This document shows positions 29,718 through 39,031 of a stretch of DNA of 64,000 nucleotides, in pieces (within the stretch, counting starts at the first letter, position 1; every line of letters starts with the position of its first letter). The notes below the pieces were generated by a model. The model saw only the letters and a list, made by a program, of their open reading frames with translations, did no database searches and had not been told where the DNA came from. Both the position numbers and the translations under genes were made by a program. The DNA comes from Acidobacteriota bacterium (GTDB lineage: Bacteria > Acidobacteriota > UBA6911 > RPQK01 > JAJDTT01): NCBI GenBank assembly GCA_965209055.1, contig OZ242374.1, positions 4,000,001 to 4,064,000 of the forward strand, in the 5' to 3' direction.

Positions 29718-31208
29718 TCACCCCTCCTTGTGCTGGGTCTGAATGGTCAAGCCTTGCAGTCTCCCGGGGGGAATTCGAGTCGTCGCGAGGCTCAACAGGT
29801 AACCCGTAACCAAAGTGACGACACTGCCCAGCGGGGCGTACCAGAGGAAGCTCATGGAGGTCCACTGGGCGGCCGCCACCACGGCGGCAACCCCGCAAAC
29901 GGCGCCGATCAAGACTCCGGGGGCCGTCGTCCGGGTCGAGAGCATGCCCAGCAGGAAGATGCCCAGCAGGCTCCCGGTGAAGAATCCGGCCAGGGTTTTG
30001 GAGGCGTTCAGAATGCCGGAGAAAAATGAGTCGACAAATAGGGCGCATACGGTGGCCACAGCGCCCCAGAAGACGGTGAAGAGGCGGGACACGTGCAGAT
30101 TAGTCCTCTCGTCGGCCTCGGCCCGAAAATAGCGCTGGTAGAGATCCTTCATCGTGGAGGTGGAGAGGGAGTTGATGGCGGAGTCGATGGTGGACATGGC
30201 GGCTGCGAACATGGCCGCGATGAAGACTCCCGAGATCCCTGCCGGGAGTTCGTGGACGACGAAATGGGGCAGGACGGCGTCACCCTTCAGTCCCTCGGCC
30301 AAGCGGGCCGGAAACTGCTGGTAGAAGACGTAGAGGGCGCCCCCGACGAAGAGGAGCAGTAGGGCGGCGGGGACGACCATGAATGCGTTCAGGATCATGG
30401 AATTGCGGCCCGCCCGGAGCGTCGGCGTGGTCAGGTACCGCTGCAGCGTGATCTGATCCGCTCCGTACATGGACAGATGAATGAAGAAACCGTTGATCAG
30501 TACCGCCACGAGTGTCACTTCCGCCCAACTGTTCCAACTGAGCTCGACGTGGAAGGGGCCTCCCTGGGAGGCCACCGCAACGATTTCTCCCAGGCCGCCG
30601 TCGACCCGGAGGATCAGGACGGCCGTCACGAGAATGAGTCCACCGAACAGGACAGCCGCCTGAACCACATCGGTCCAGATGACCGCCTTCATCCCGCCCA
30701 GGAGGGTGTAGAGCGTCGCCAGACCGCCGATAAGCAATATGGTCCAGCGTAGCTCCATTCCGGTCACGGTGGAGAGGACCAGAGAGGGTGCGTAGATGAC
30801 GACGGCCAGGTAGGTTCCCCTCAGGAAGAGGAAGAGCAGGCAGGATGCGAGCCGGACCGAGGGATCGAATCGGCGTTCCAGATACTCATAGGCGGTGAAG
30901 ACCCGGAGCCGGTGGTAGAAGGGCAGGAAAACCCAGATGACGATGGGGGTGACGATGGGAATGGTCACGAGGGTCAGTCCCAGGGTCAGGTCGTTCTCGT
31001 AGACCCAGCCGGGGCTGCCCAGCAGGCTGATGGCGGAGAACAGGGTAGCGAAGATGGAAACCCCCACCGCCACCCAGGGCATACGCCGGCCGGCCAGGAA
31101 GTAGTCTTCGGTGTTGTGCTGTCCCCGGAAGAAGAAGGACCCCATCCCCACGACCAGGACGATGTAGAAGATGAGGACGGCGTGGTCGAGAGCTGTGAAT
31201 CCCTGCAA
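29718..31208 (-). CDS. Sodium:solute symporter (SSS)
   Basis: DYFLAGRRMPW, TAYEYLERRF, GGMKAVIWTD and AAAMST motifs. Confidence 0.92.
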   Translation of the reverse strand: MQGFTALDHAVLIFYIVLVVGMGSFFFRGQHNTEDYFLAGRRMPWVAVGVSIFATLFSAISLLGSPGWVYENDLTLGLTLVTIPIVTPIVIWVFLPFYHRLRVFTAYEYLERRFDPSVRLASCLLFLFLRGTYLAVVIYAPSLVLSTVTGMELRWTILLIGGLATLYTLLGGMKAVIWTDVVQAAVLFGGLILVTAVLILRVDGGLGEIVAVASQGGPFHVELSWNSWAEVTLVAVLINGFFIHLSMYGADQITLQRYLTTPTLRAGRNSMILNAFMVVPAALLLLFVGGALYVFYQQFPARLAEGLKGDAVLPHFVVHELPAGISGVFIAAMFAAAMSTIDSAINSLSTSTMKDLYQRYFRAEADERTNLHVSRLFTVFWGAVATVCALFVDSFFSGILNASKTLAGFFTGSLLGIFLLGMLSTRTTAPGVLIGAVCGVAAVVAAAQWTSMSFLWYAPLGSVVTLVTGYLLSLATTRIPPGRLQGLTIQTQHKEG

Positions 31209-32169
31209 TCGGACCTCAAGTCTGCGGTTCCTGATCCCGGCGGCTCAAGGCTTCCGGATTCCGGAGCCGCAGGCGAATATTCAACGACACCGTAACCCCG
31301 GACCGCAGGAACGAAGCCGAACATAAAGAGCGTCCCGTAGGGTGTCAAGATTGGAGGAACCAATGAGATCTTCGCGTAATGTTGGCGAGTGCTTCGGTGA
31401 CTTCGAGCAGACGGGCCGCGGGTCCACAGGTTGGGGTTCCACGGCAATGGGTGATCAAGCGTTCCCAATTGCCGCTCCCTTGCTCTATTGGCAAGGAGAC
31501 GGAGGTCACATAGGTATTCCCATTTGCAAGTGCGTCTGGTCAGCGGTAGATTAAGTGAAGATAGTCGCTGGCAGCGTGCTGTCGGCTCAAGGGCTGCTCT
31601 TCGGAGCGGCCCTTGCTATTTCTGGCTGTTCCTATGCGAACCAGAGTCTACTCATTTGTCCTGGGCGTTGGCAGGTTGCACCGAAGTTGGAGAATGTTGC
31701 GAGTCACTTCCGGCACATCCGCCCGGCGATGTTGAAAGCCGCGCAGTTTTCCAACCCGCTTCCAAGCACGATGATTTCAAAGCCGCCTAATTGGTAACGC
31801 GCTAACTACGGGAATGCCATCGTGAGCCAACCTCTCCTCAGAGTTCCGTGATGCCTTCATAGATGAAGGATGACTCAAAGATGCTTGTTCAGAGCCGTCA
31901 CAAGGGTGTTTTGTCATGCCATGTCTCCGGCAGCTTGAATGGGAACCCTGCTGTTCTTCCGCTGTGGCCGGACAATGGTGTGGTTGTGCGGCCGACCAGT
32001 GCGGCATACCCGACGGAAATGGCCTCAACTTCAGACTCTCTCTTTTTGGTCTGGTTCCGGTCGTCCTTCTACGGTATCGCTTCTTGACCCGTTGCCGGGC
32101 CTGTGGTTGCCTCAGGGCCTATTTACTTGACTAGCCAAGACGTCACACATTTGTTCGACAATTCCCTCC

Positions 32170-33351
32170 ATGAAAGCTCGCGCCACTATCCAGTGCAGAG
32201 CGAAGCTGTCCAAGGGCGGACTCCGGCGATTGGACTGGGCGAGGTCGGTCCTGAATCGCCTGTACAATGCTGCCTTGGAGGAACGCAAGACGGCCTGGGA
32301 ATCCGAGCAACGCGGCGTGACCCTGTACGATCAGATGAAGGGGTTGACGTCCCGGAGGAAGGACGATCCGGACGGGCTCGGGTCCGTGGCGGTCAGAGCG
32401 GAGCGCGGGATGTTGATACGGTTGGACCGGGCCTTCAAGGCGTTCTTCCGTCGCTGCAAGGCGGGGGAGAAGCCGGGGTATCCTCGGTTCCGGCCCATTG
32501 CGAGGATGGAGACCATCGACATCGTCGACCCGATGGCGACTATGGTAAAGAAGCGGGCTCGGGGCTACGCGATCCGGCCCAAGGGTTTCCCGACGATCCG
32601 GATATTTCCGTCCCGGGCGTTGCCGGCCGGATGCCCGTTGAAGGCGCTGCGGATCGTCCGCAAGCCGAGCCGAGTGTATGTGGACTTGACCTACGAGGTG
32701 GAGAAGCAGCTGCTACCGAAGTGCGGGTCTCCGGTGGGGATCGACCTGGGAGTCCGCAAGCAGGCGGTGCTGTCAACGGGTGAGAGGATCAACCGGAATC
32801 GGCGGGACTGGGCGGAGGTCCGAAAGCAGCAGCGAAAGGTGTCCCGGTGCCAGCGCCGGTCGAACCGGCGCCGGAAGCGAGTTCGACGGTTGGCGGCGAT
32901 TCGGTTCCGGGAGAGAGTCCGAAGCCGGAACGCGTGTCATCAGGCCACGACCCGGATCGTCCGTGAGCATGGACTGATCGCAGTGGAGAAACTGAACGTC
33001 CAAGGGATGACTAAGAAGGGCCTGAACAAGAAGGGTCTGAATCGGGAGATCCTCACCCAATCCTGGGGCATCTTCCGCAACCAGCTCCAGTACAAGGCAG
33101 AGTGGGCCGGTCGGGAGTTTGTGGAAGTCAACGCTGCATTCACGTCGCAGGACTGCCACCGGTGTGGCGCCAGGAACCAACCAGGGAGGAGCGAGATGTA
33201 TCGCTGCGTCTCCTGTGGACTCAAAATGGATCGCGACCACAACGCCGCGATCAACCTTCTCAGGGCTGGGGTTTCCGCCCTGGGCGCCGGAACGTGGGCC
33301 GATGGGCCGAGCGTGGCGCCGGAACTGTGTACTGGAAGGCCCAGTGGCTAG
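32170..33351 (+). CDS. tnpB: TnpB RNA-guided endonuclease
   Basis: LYNAALEER; AFKAFF...GYPRFR; RuvC GIDLG, AVEKL and DRDHNAAINL; Zn finger CHRC...CVSC. Confidence 0.95.
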   Translation: MKARATIQCRAKLSKGGLRRLDWARSVLNRLYNAALEERKTAWESEQRGVTLYDQMKGLTSRRKDDPDGLGSVAVRAERGMLIRLDRAFKAFFRRCKAGEKPGYPRFRPIARMETIDIVDPMATMVKKRARGYAIRPKGFPTIRIFPSRALPAGCPLKALRIVRKPSRVYVDLTYEVEKQLLPKCGSPVGIDLGVRKQAVLSTGERINRNRRDWAEVRKQQRKVSRCQRRSNRRRKRVRRLAAIRFRERVRSRNACHQATTRIVREHGLIAVEKLNVQGMTKKGLNKKGLNREILTQSWGIFRNQLQYKAEWAGREFVEVNAAFTSQDCHRCGARNQPGRSEMYRCVSCGLKMDRDHNAAINLLRAGVSALGAGTWADGPSVAPELCTGRPSG

Positions 33352-33368
33352 CCAAGTATATAAGCCCC
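33261..33368 (+). ncRNA. Putative omegaRNA/reRNA scaffold overlapping the tnpB 3' end
   Basis: Three consecutive hairpins (CAGGGC/GCCCTG, GGCGCC/GGCGCC, ACTGG/CCAGT) at the position expected for TnpB guide-RNA scaffolds; boundaries approximate. Confidence 0.55.
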
Positions 33369-33413
33369 ATTGACTCGCAAGCCGCCCGCCGAAGCTGGGA
33401 AGGAGGGAATGGA

Positions 33414-34427
33414 TTGATCGGTCCCCTGGATTCTCGAACCCCTCTGGAATCTGCATCTCCCGGACGTTCCGTCGATTCCGACGTGACTTGGGACTATCTG
33501 AACGCGGTCCAGTACCGGAGGCGACTGGCCACCGGCATGCCCCCCTTGATCATCTCCTGCGCCACCACCGGCGGCCATCAGAAGGCAGAGAATCCGGGCG
33601 TGCCCGTCACCGCGGGAGAACAGGCCGGGACCGCGCCGCAAGTGGCCGCTGCCGGGGCCCAGATCATTCACATCCACGGACGCGACCCCGAAGATCCCAC
33701 CCGGGAGACCGACCGGGCCGAGCGGTACCTGGAGATCAACGCCCGGATCCGGGCCCAGGACCCGGAAATTATCATCGACAACACGCAGGCAGTCGCACCC
33801 ATCGAGTCCACGGACGACGAATTGGGGGGGACGGTCTTCCGTTACGAATCGCTTCCGTTGGAGGCCCGTCCCGAGATCATGGCCCTCAATCCGGGTCCCA
33901 TGACCTTTCGGGGCGGAGGAGATTCTCCCAGCGTGGTCCTGGCGACCACCTTCGATCACACCGAACGGGCGGCGCACGCGCTCCGGGAGCGGGGAATCAA
34001 GCCTCAGGTGTTCCTTTACCATCCGGGTCACCTGGATCTGCTGGAGTATCTGATCACCCGCGACGCGTTGGACGAGCCCTACTTCGTCCAACTGGTCTTC
34101 GGGCAGCAGAGCGGAATCCCGACGAGTCCCGACAACATCCTCTCCATGGTGCGGAACCTTCCTCCGGGTTGCGTCTTCCAGACCTGCGCCCTGGGATTGG
34201 AGGCGGTCCAGGTCAATACGCTGGCCATCCTGCTGGGTGGACACGTCCGCACCGGCATGGAGGACTGCATCGAGTATCAGCGGGATGAACCGGCCCGCGA
34301 CAACGCCCAACTGGTCCGGCGCGTGGCCCGAATCGCCCGCGACCTGGGACGCCGGGTGGCCACGATTCAGGAGGCCCGGAAAATGTTGGGACTGGGGCCG
34401 CCCAGCCAATACCCTTCGGCAACCTGA
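33414..34427 (+). CDS. Beta-keto acid cleavage enzyme (BKACE/DUF849, 3-keto-5-aminohexanoate cleavage family)
   Basis: PLIISCATTG, IIHIHGR and GGHVRTGMED motifs; TTG start after GGAGG inferred. Confidence 0.88.
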   Translation: MIGPLDSRTPLESASPGRSVDSDVTWDYLNAVQYRRRLATGMPPLIISCATTGGHQKAENPGVPVTAGEQAGTAPQVAAAGAQIIHIHGRDPEDPTRETDRAERYLEINARIRAQDPEIIIDNTQAVAPIESTDDELGGTVFRYESLPLEARPEIMALNPGPMTFRGGGDSPSVVLATTFDHTERAAHALRERGIKPQVFLYHPGHLDLLEYLITRDALDEPYFVQLVFGQQSGIPTSPDNILSMVRNLPPGCVFQTCALGLEAVQVNTLAILLGGHVRTGMEDCIEYQRDEPARDNAQLVRRVARIARDLGRRVATIQEARKMLGLGPPSQYPSAT

Positions 34428-34441
34428 GGGAGGTGGGTTTC

Positions 34442-35668
34442 ATGTCCGACTCTTTTCTGATCCGGAACGCACGGATCGTCGACGTCGCCGGCGGGTCTAT
34501 CGAAGTGGAGCGGTCGGTCCTGGTTCGGGGGGATCGCATCGAGGCGGTGGGCCGGTTTCCAGGGTGGAGCGGGGCATCGACGGATGCCGAAAACCGGTAT
34601 CTGTGTCCCGGCCTCATCGACTGCCACGTCCACTTCTTCTTGGATGCGGGGCCCGATCCCAGAGGATCGTACATCCGCAGCGATGATGAGGAGCGGATGT
34701 CCACGGCGGAGAAGAATGCGCGGTTGGCCATCGAGGCCGGCATCACCACCATGCGCGATTGCGCCGCACCGGGACACCTCATGGTCCGGTTCCAGCGCCA
34801 GGTGGATGCGGGCGAAGTTCCGGGCCCCCACATCATCAGTTGCGGGTACGCGCTCATGCGCCCCAAGGGGCACTGTCATTTCCTGGGCGGCGAGGTGGCC
34901 ACGGTCCGGGAATTGAGTGAAAGAATCGAGTGGAATCTGAGCCACGGGGCCGGATTCGTGAAGCTCATGGCCTCCGGCGGCGGCTTGACGCCCGGTACGA
35001 TCCCGCACGAAGCTGACCTGCCTGTGGAGATCATGAAAGCTGCCGTCCGGGAGGCTCACGCCAACGGCGTCCTTATCACGGCGCATTGCCATGCCACCGA
35101 CAGCATCCGGCGGGGAATCGAGGTGGGGTTGGACATGATCGAGCACGTCAGCTACGTGGAGGCGCCCGGGCGCTACCGGTACGACGAGGAGTTGACGCAC
35201 CAGATCCGGGACGCCGGCATCATCGTCAGTCCGACGGTCTACTCGGCGCTTCAGACGGCGCGGCAATTCCGCGCGGCGGGGGCGGCCCACAACCCCGGAG
35301 ACGTGGCTGCGGTCGTGCGCCTGGAGGGGCGGTTGGTCAACACGGGGCACTTTCACCGGCTGGGGATGAAGATCATCGGTGGCACCGACTGCGGGGCCAC
35401 CAACACTCCGTTCGACAGCCTGGTGGATGAGCTGGAGAGCTACACCGAGGCCGGCCTCACCCGGCATGAGGCCCTCCGCACGGTCACCGACATGGGCGCC
35501 GCCTACCTCGGGCTCTCTCGAGTGGGCCGGATCCAACCCGGTCATCGCGCCGACCTGACGTTGCTGGACGGAAATCCCCTGGAGGACCTGGAAGTGCTGC
35601 GGCGGCCTCTCCAGGTCTACAAGTCGGGGATCCTCGTCCACGAGCAAAACGGCGGGGACCCGGCCTGA
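34442..35668 (+). CDS. Amidohydrolase family protein
   Basis: PGLIDCHVH, VKLMASGG, AHCH, IEH and GTDCG motifs. Confidence 0.9.
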   Translation: MSDSFLIRNARIVDVAGGSIEVERSVLVRGDRIEAVGRFPGWSGASTDAENRYLCPGLIDCHVHFFLDAGPDPRGSYIRSDDEERMSTAEKNARLAIEAGITTMRDCAAPGHLMVRFQRQVDAGEVPGPHIISCGYALMRPKGHCHFLGGEVATVRELSERIEWNLSHGAGFVKLMASGGGLTPGTIPHEADLPVEIMKAAVREAHANGVLITAHCHATDSIRRGIEVGLDMIEHVSYVEAPGRYRYDEELTHQIRDAGIIVSPTVYSALQTARQFRAAGAAHNPGDVAAVVRLEGRLVNTGHFHRLGMKIIGGTDCGATNTPFDSLVDELESYTEAGLTRHEALRTVTDMGAAYLGLSRVGRIQPGHRADLTLLDGNPLEDLEVLRRPLQVYKSGILVHEQNGGDPA

Positions 35669-36738
35669 TGGCCGGATCCGGCAGCTCCACGCTCCACGTC
35701 GTCGAGCTCACGGGAGACAGCCGTCAGCGGGGGCTTCAGCACGGCCGGCAGTTGAGAGATCCGATCCAGGCGGCGGTGGACTTTTATCGTCACTTCTTCA
35801 AGGAACACCTGGGGATGACCGCCGAGGGCATGGCCCGGCGCGCCTCGGCGTTCGTCGAACCGACGGCGCAACTCAATCCGCTCCTGATGGAGGAATACGA
35901 AGGCATAGCCGAAGGGTCCGGCCAGCGGCTGGAGGATGTCCTGGCCCTGACGGCGCGCTACGAGATCACCTTCGAGCAGGTGGCCCTGGGGGACTGCTCC
36001 AATCTCTTCGTAGGACCGGAGCGCTCGCAAGACGGTCACACGCTACTGGGGCAGAGCTGGGACTGGCGGCCCGAGGTCATGGATTTCCGCGCCGTCCTGA
36101 TCTCTCGGTGCGACGACCAGCCGGATCACGTCATGGTGACCGAGTGCGGTCAGCCGGGGAAGTACGGCTTCAACCAGGACGGCCTCGGCGTCGTTTCCGC
36201 CGGTCTGCGTTGCCGAGAGAAGGCGGCCACGGGCCGGCAGCTCTTCACCGTGCTGGGAAGAACGATCCTGGCTCAGACTGGGTTCGACGCGGCGTGCGAG
36301 GTGCTGGAGGAGAATGCGCCGCTGGCGACGGTGAACGTCCTGGTGGCCGACGATCAGGGCAGGGCAGCGGATTTCGAGGCGACGGCAGGAGAGATCTGCC
36401 GCCACGATCTGGGACGGGACGAGGTCTACTGGCACACGAATCACTGCCGGCACGTCCTGGAACCCAATCACTTCGAGAACAGCCGGGTTCGGGGTCTACG
36501 CTGGGAAAGACTCACCACCGCGCAGGGACCAGTGGAACCCTTGACAGTGCAGAATTGGCTGGCCGATCGGAGCGACGGAGGAAACTCCATCAGCCAGCAT
36601 GCCGACCCGGACAAGGCCCACACCGCCAGTTGGCTCCAGACCCTCTGCGCCATCGCCATGGACCTGAACCAGCGCCAACTCTGGGTCAGCGACGGCCCGG
36701 CGTCGTTGAGTTCCTACCTAAAGATCGGTCTGGACTGA
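35668..36738 (+). CDS. C45-family autoproteolytic Ntn acyltransferase/hydrolase
   Basis: RGLQHG, GDCS (nucleophile Cys), GQSWDW and HTNH motifs. Confidence 0.88.
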   Translation: MAGSGSSTLHVVELTGDSRQRGLQHGRQLRDPIQAAVDFYRHFFKEHLGMTAEGMARRASAFVEPTAQLNPLLMEEYEGIAEGSGQRLEDVLALTARYEITFEQVALGDCSNLFVGPERSQDGHTLLGQSWDWRPEVMDFRAVLISRCDDQPDHVMVTECGQPGKYGFNQDGLGVVSAGLRCREKAATGRQLFTVLGRTILAQTGFDAACEVLEENAPLATVNVLVADDQGRAADFEATAGEICRHDLGRDEVYWHTNHCRHVLEPNHFENSRVRGLRWERLTTAQGPVEPLTVQNWLADRSDGGNSISQHADPDKAHTASWLQTLCAIAMDLNQRQLWVSDGPASLSSYLKIGLD

Positions 36739-36813
36739 GACCGGACTGTGACCCGGATAGTCAGAAGCTGAGGAAGACGTGAGGTAGATCTCGCGAATGT
36801 TTCTACCTTCATT

Positions 36814-37200
36814 TTACACGGCGATTTTCAGGCCCGTGTGCCGCGCCAGTACGCCGAAATCGGAATCATTATTGAGAACGGGCACACCGGCCCGAATTGC
36901 GATCGCCCCAATCAAGCAATCAATCAACCGGCGCACGGTCTCTCCTTTCAGGCGACAGATCCGGTACAGCGTGGCCGCATCATCGTAGTGAGTTGGTTCA
37001 GTCGGCAAGACGGTTGCCCGCGCCAACAGGCGACGGAGATCGTTCAGGTGTCTTTCGTTGCGGGCGCCGGCAAGTACTTCCATGCGGATGGCATCACAGA
37101 TGGCTATCTCTTCCTCGAGTAATGCGTCGACACGATTGCAGGTCGCCGAGCCCGTGTCGCGCAGGTACTCGATCCAGGCAGAGGTATCGACAAGTGTCAT
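36814..37200 (-). CDS. vapC: VapC PIN-domain toxin
   Basis: LVDTSAWIEYLR, EVLAGAR, DCLIGA and DSDF motifs. Confidence 0.92.
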   Translation of the reverse strand: MTLVDTSAWIEYLRDTGSATCNRVDALLEEEIAICDAIRMEVLAGARNERHLNDLRRLLARATVLPTEPTHYDDAATLYRICRLKGETVRRLIDCLIGAIAIRAGVPVLNNDSDFGVLARHTGLKIAV

Positions 37201-37400
37201 TGCGAGCGTCCGGCGCGCATCTCATCGAGGTCGCCTTCCCAACCAGATCCACGAAGACGCCGGGCCTCCTCCACGCTCAGGGGTTCCGCAGCAAGGGATC
37301 GGAGCGCAAAATTGATGGCCTCACGCTTTGTCCTCAAGTGGTAACGGCGCATGACTTCTGCACACGACACGTCGTCGATGTCTACGTTTGTGCGTGTCAT
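37197..37400 (-). CDS. vapB: VapB antitoxin
   Basis: MTRTNVDIDD...TKREAINFALR...GWEGDLDEMR; ATGA overlap with vapC. Confidence 0.9.
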   Translation of the reverse strand: MTRTNVDIDDVSCAEVMRRYHLRTKREAINFALRSLAAEPLSVEEARRLRGSGWEGDLDEMRAGRSQ

Positions 37401-37637
37401 ACACCTATAATACACAATTAGTCCATGCCGTCGATGGACGTCCTTGATCAATCGGATCCAGACGCCTTGCTCGACGATTTTGGACCTGAACCTGCGTCAG
37501 GTCCCGGAGTGCGATGGACCCGCCTCAATGAATTCCTACCGGTAGTTCCGGTCAATATGTGGTGTGCGGCGAACTCCCACGATTGGCCCGTTAGATTCTT
37601 GGTCGATGTCCGCCGATTGCTGGAACTACACGCGGAA

Positions 37638-37655
37638 TCACGTTAAAATACGTGA
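37638..37655 (+). promoter_or_regulatory. Operator palindrome around the -10 box of the Xre-RES operon
   Basis: TCACGT-TAAAAT-ACGTGA, 19 bp upstream of the antitoxin ATG. Confidence 0.55.
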
Positions 37656-37674
37656 CAAATAATGAGGTGCTTGA

Positions 37675-38025
37675 ATGTTATTCCAGAATTTCGTGGAAGA
37701 ACAGGTGTTTTCTCCGAATCTCATCGCGGCCGAACTCCGCACGACCAAGACCGAAATCGCGGGAACCTTGGGCCTCGGAAAGGACGCGTTTTCCCGTAGA
37801 TCGCGGATCCGCGCACGAAAAACGCAGGTTCGTTTGCGTCAGATGCTGGAGATTCTGAATCGGGTCGAGGTGGAGACCGGTTCGGCTCTCGCCGCTTATG
37901 CCTGGTTCAGGGCCGAACCGTTGCCGGGCTTCGGTGGCGCCACGCCGGATCTGTTGCTGCGGGAAGGCAAGGCCGACCATGTCCATGCCTATCTGGACCG
38001 GATCATGGCAGGTGGTTATGCCTGA
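37675..38025 (+). CDS. Xre/MbcA/ParS-type antitoxin
   Basis: HTH-like N-terminus; AYAWFRAEPLPGFGGATP...YLDRIMAGGYA. Confidence 0.85.
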   Translation: MLFQNFVEEQVFSPNLIAAELRTTKTEIAGTLGLGKDAFSRRSRIRARKTQVRLRQMLEILNRVEVETGSALAAYAWFRAEPLPGFGGATPDLLLREGKADHVHAYLDRIMAGGYA

Positions 38026-38037
38026 TTCGATCCCGTC

Positions 38038-38550
38038 GTGATGCGGTTCCGGGGAGTGGTTTACCGGGCGCACAACCCCGAATGGGCCTGGAAACCTCTC
38101 TCCGGCGAAGGCGCGCGCCGCCACGGCGGACGGTTTAACCGGCGCGGCGTTCCCGCGCTCTATACGTCTCTTTCCCCCCTGACGGCCATACGGGAGGCGC
38201 AACCGTTGGGCCGGCGCATGCAGCCTCTGACGCTTTGTGCCTACGACGTCGATTTGGAGCCGGTATTCGATTCACGGGATGGGGCCGTAAGGGCCGCACT
38301 TCAGGTAGACGATCACGAACTTGATTGCCGCTCGTGGGCGGCTCAAATGCTCGACGGCTCGGTGCCGGCCTCACAGGCTCTGGCTGATCGCCTGGTTTCA
38401 GATGGCTATGTTGGGATGCTGGTCAGGAGCTTTGCCGTGGCAGCCGGGCCCGGGGATATCAATCTTGTGGTTTGGAAATGGGGCTCCCAACGGCCGTGCC
38501 GTGTCGATCTGATCGACGATGAAAGTCGTCTTTCGACCAGCTCCCGATGA
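38038..38550 (+). CDS. RES-domain toxin
   Basis: YRAHNP, GGRFN, ALYTS, AIRE and VRS motifs. Confidence 0.9.
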   Translation: MMRFRGVVYRAHNPEWAWKPLSGEGARRHGGRFNRRGVPALYTSLSPLTAIREAQPLGRRMQPLTLCAYDVDLEPVFDSRDGAVRAALQVDDHELDCRSWAAQMLDGSVPASQALADRLVSDGYVGMLVRSFAVAAGPGDINLVVWKWGSQRPCRVDLIDDESRLSTSSR

Positions 38551-38571
38551 AGAGCTTGGAGTCGGGAAAGG

Positions 38572-38844
38572 TCATGGTCCATTGAGACGGGGGACCGTGG
38601 ACTTCGCGATCATCCGTTTGTGTTCTGGCCAATCGGGCTCTTGATACCCCTTTTCACGGCTTTCGCACTCGGCATTGAACCGTCGCAGGTCCGCAAGCGT
38701 GAATGGTGCTGAACCCGTTGCCGCTACGAGCTTCTGCTCTGCGGCTTCTCTTAGCCAAGCGCTTAGGGACTTCTTCTCCCGTTGCGCTTGACGTTGATAG
38801 CGAGCCTTGTCCAACTCCGTCACGACAAAATCGATTCGTGCCAT
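38572..38844 (-). CDS. Orphan RHH/CopG-type antitoxin
   Basis: MARIDFVVTELDKARYQRQAQREKKSLSAWLREAAE...EPDWPEHKRMI. Confidence 0.7.
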   Translation of the reverse strand: MARIDFVVTELDKARYQRQAQREKKSLSAWLREAAEQKLVAATGSAPFTLADLRRFNAECESREKGYQEPDWPEHKRMIAKSTVPRLNGP

Positions 38845-38991
38845 GGTGTTCCCGGTAGCACCCAATATACGCCACAGACGCGTCATGGTTTCAGAACTGA
38901 TGGTGGCTTCTGAATCTGACATCCGGAAGTTATTCCTCAGTCGATGATCTGAACCGGCCCCGGTACACAAGGTAAAAGGGGGTCGGAAAGC

Positions 38992-39000
38992 TGTTATACT
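38992..39000 (+). promoter_or_regulatory. Extended -10 element upstream of the PSD1/DUF1501 operon
   Basis: TGtTATACT about 30 bp upstream of ATG 39032. Confidence 0.45.
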
Positions 39001-39031
39001 CCCTCCTCAAGGGGTTCGGAACACGATCAGA

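Larger units (their letters stand above)
32114..33368 (+). mobile_element. Non-autonomous TnpB-only element bounded by terminal inverted repeats
   Basis: GGGCCTATTTACTTGACTAGCCA (32115-32137) versus TGGCTAGCCAAGTATATAAGCCC (33345-33367): 20/23 inverted match; flanks GTTGCCTC / ATTGACTC (6/8); no transposase inside. Confidence 0.7.

Noticed and set aside
31930-31990. Cobalamin riboswitch-like GGGAA segment
   Set aside because: Lacks the other conserved riboswitch blocks
13206-33368. IS1595 and TnpB elements as ends of one composite transposon
   Set aside because: Each has its own TIR pair and the TIR sequences differ; the intervening genes are backbone genes
33102-33413. Overlap or fusion of tnpB with BKACE
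   Set aside because: Open-frame read-through across the element end; RBS and BKACE similarity start at or after 33414
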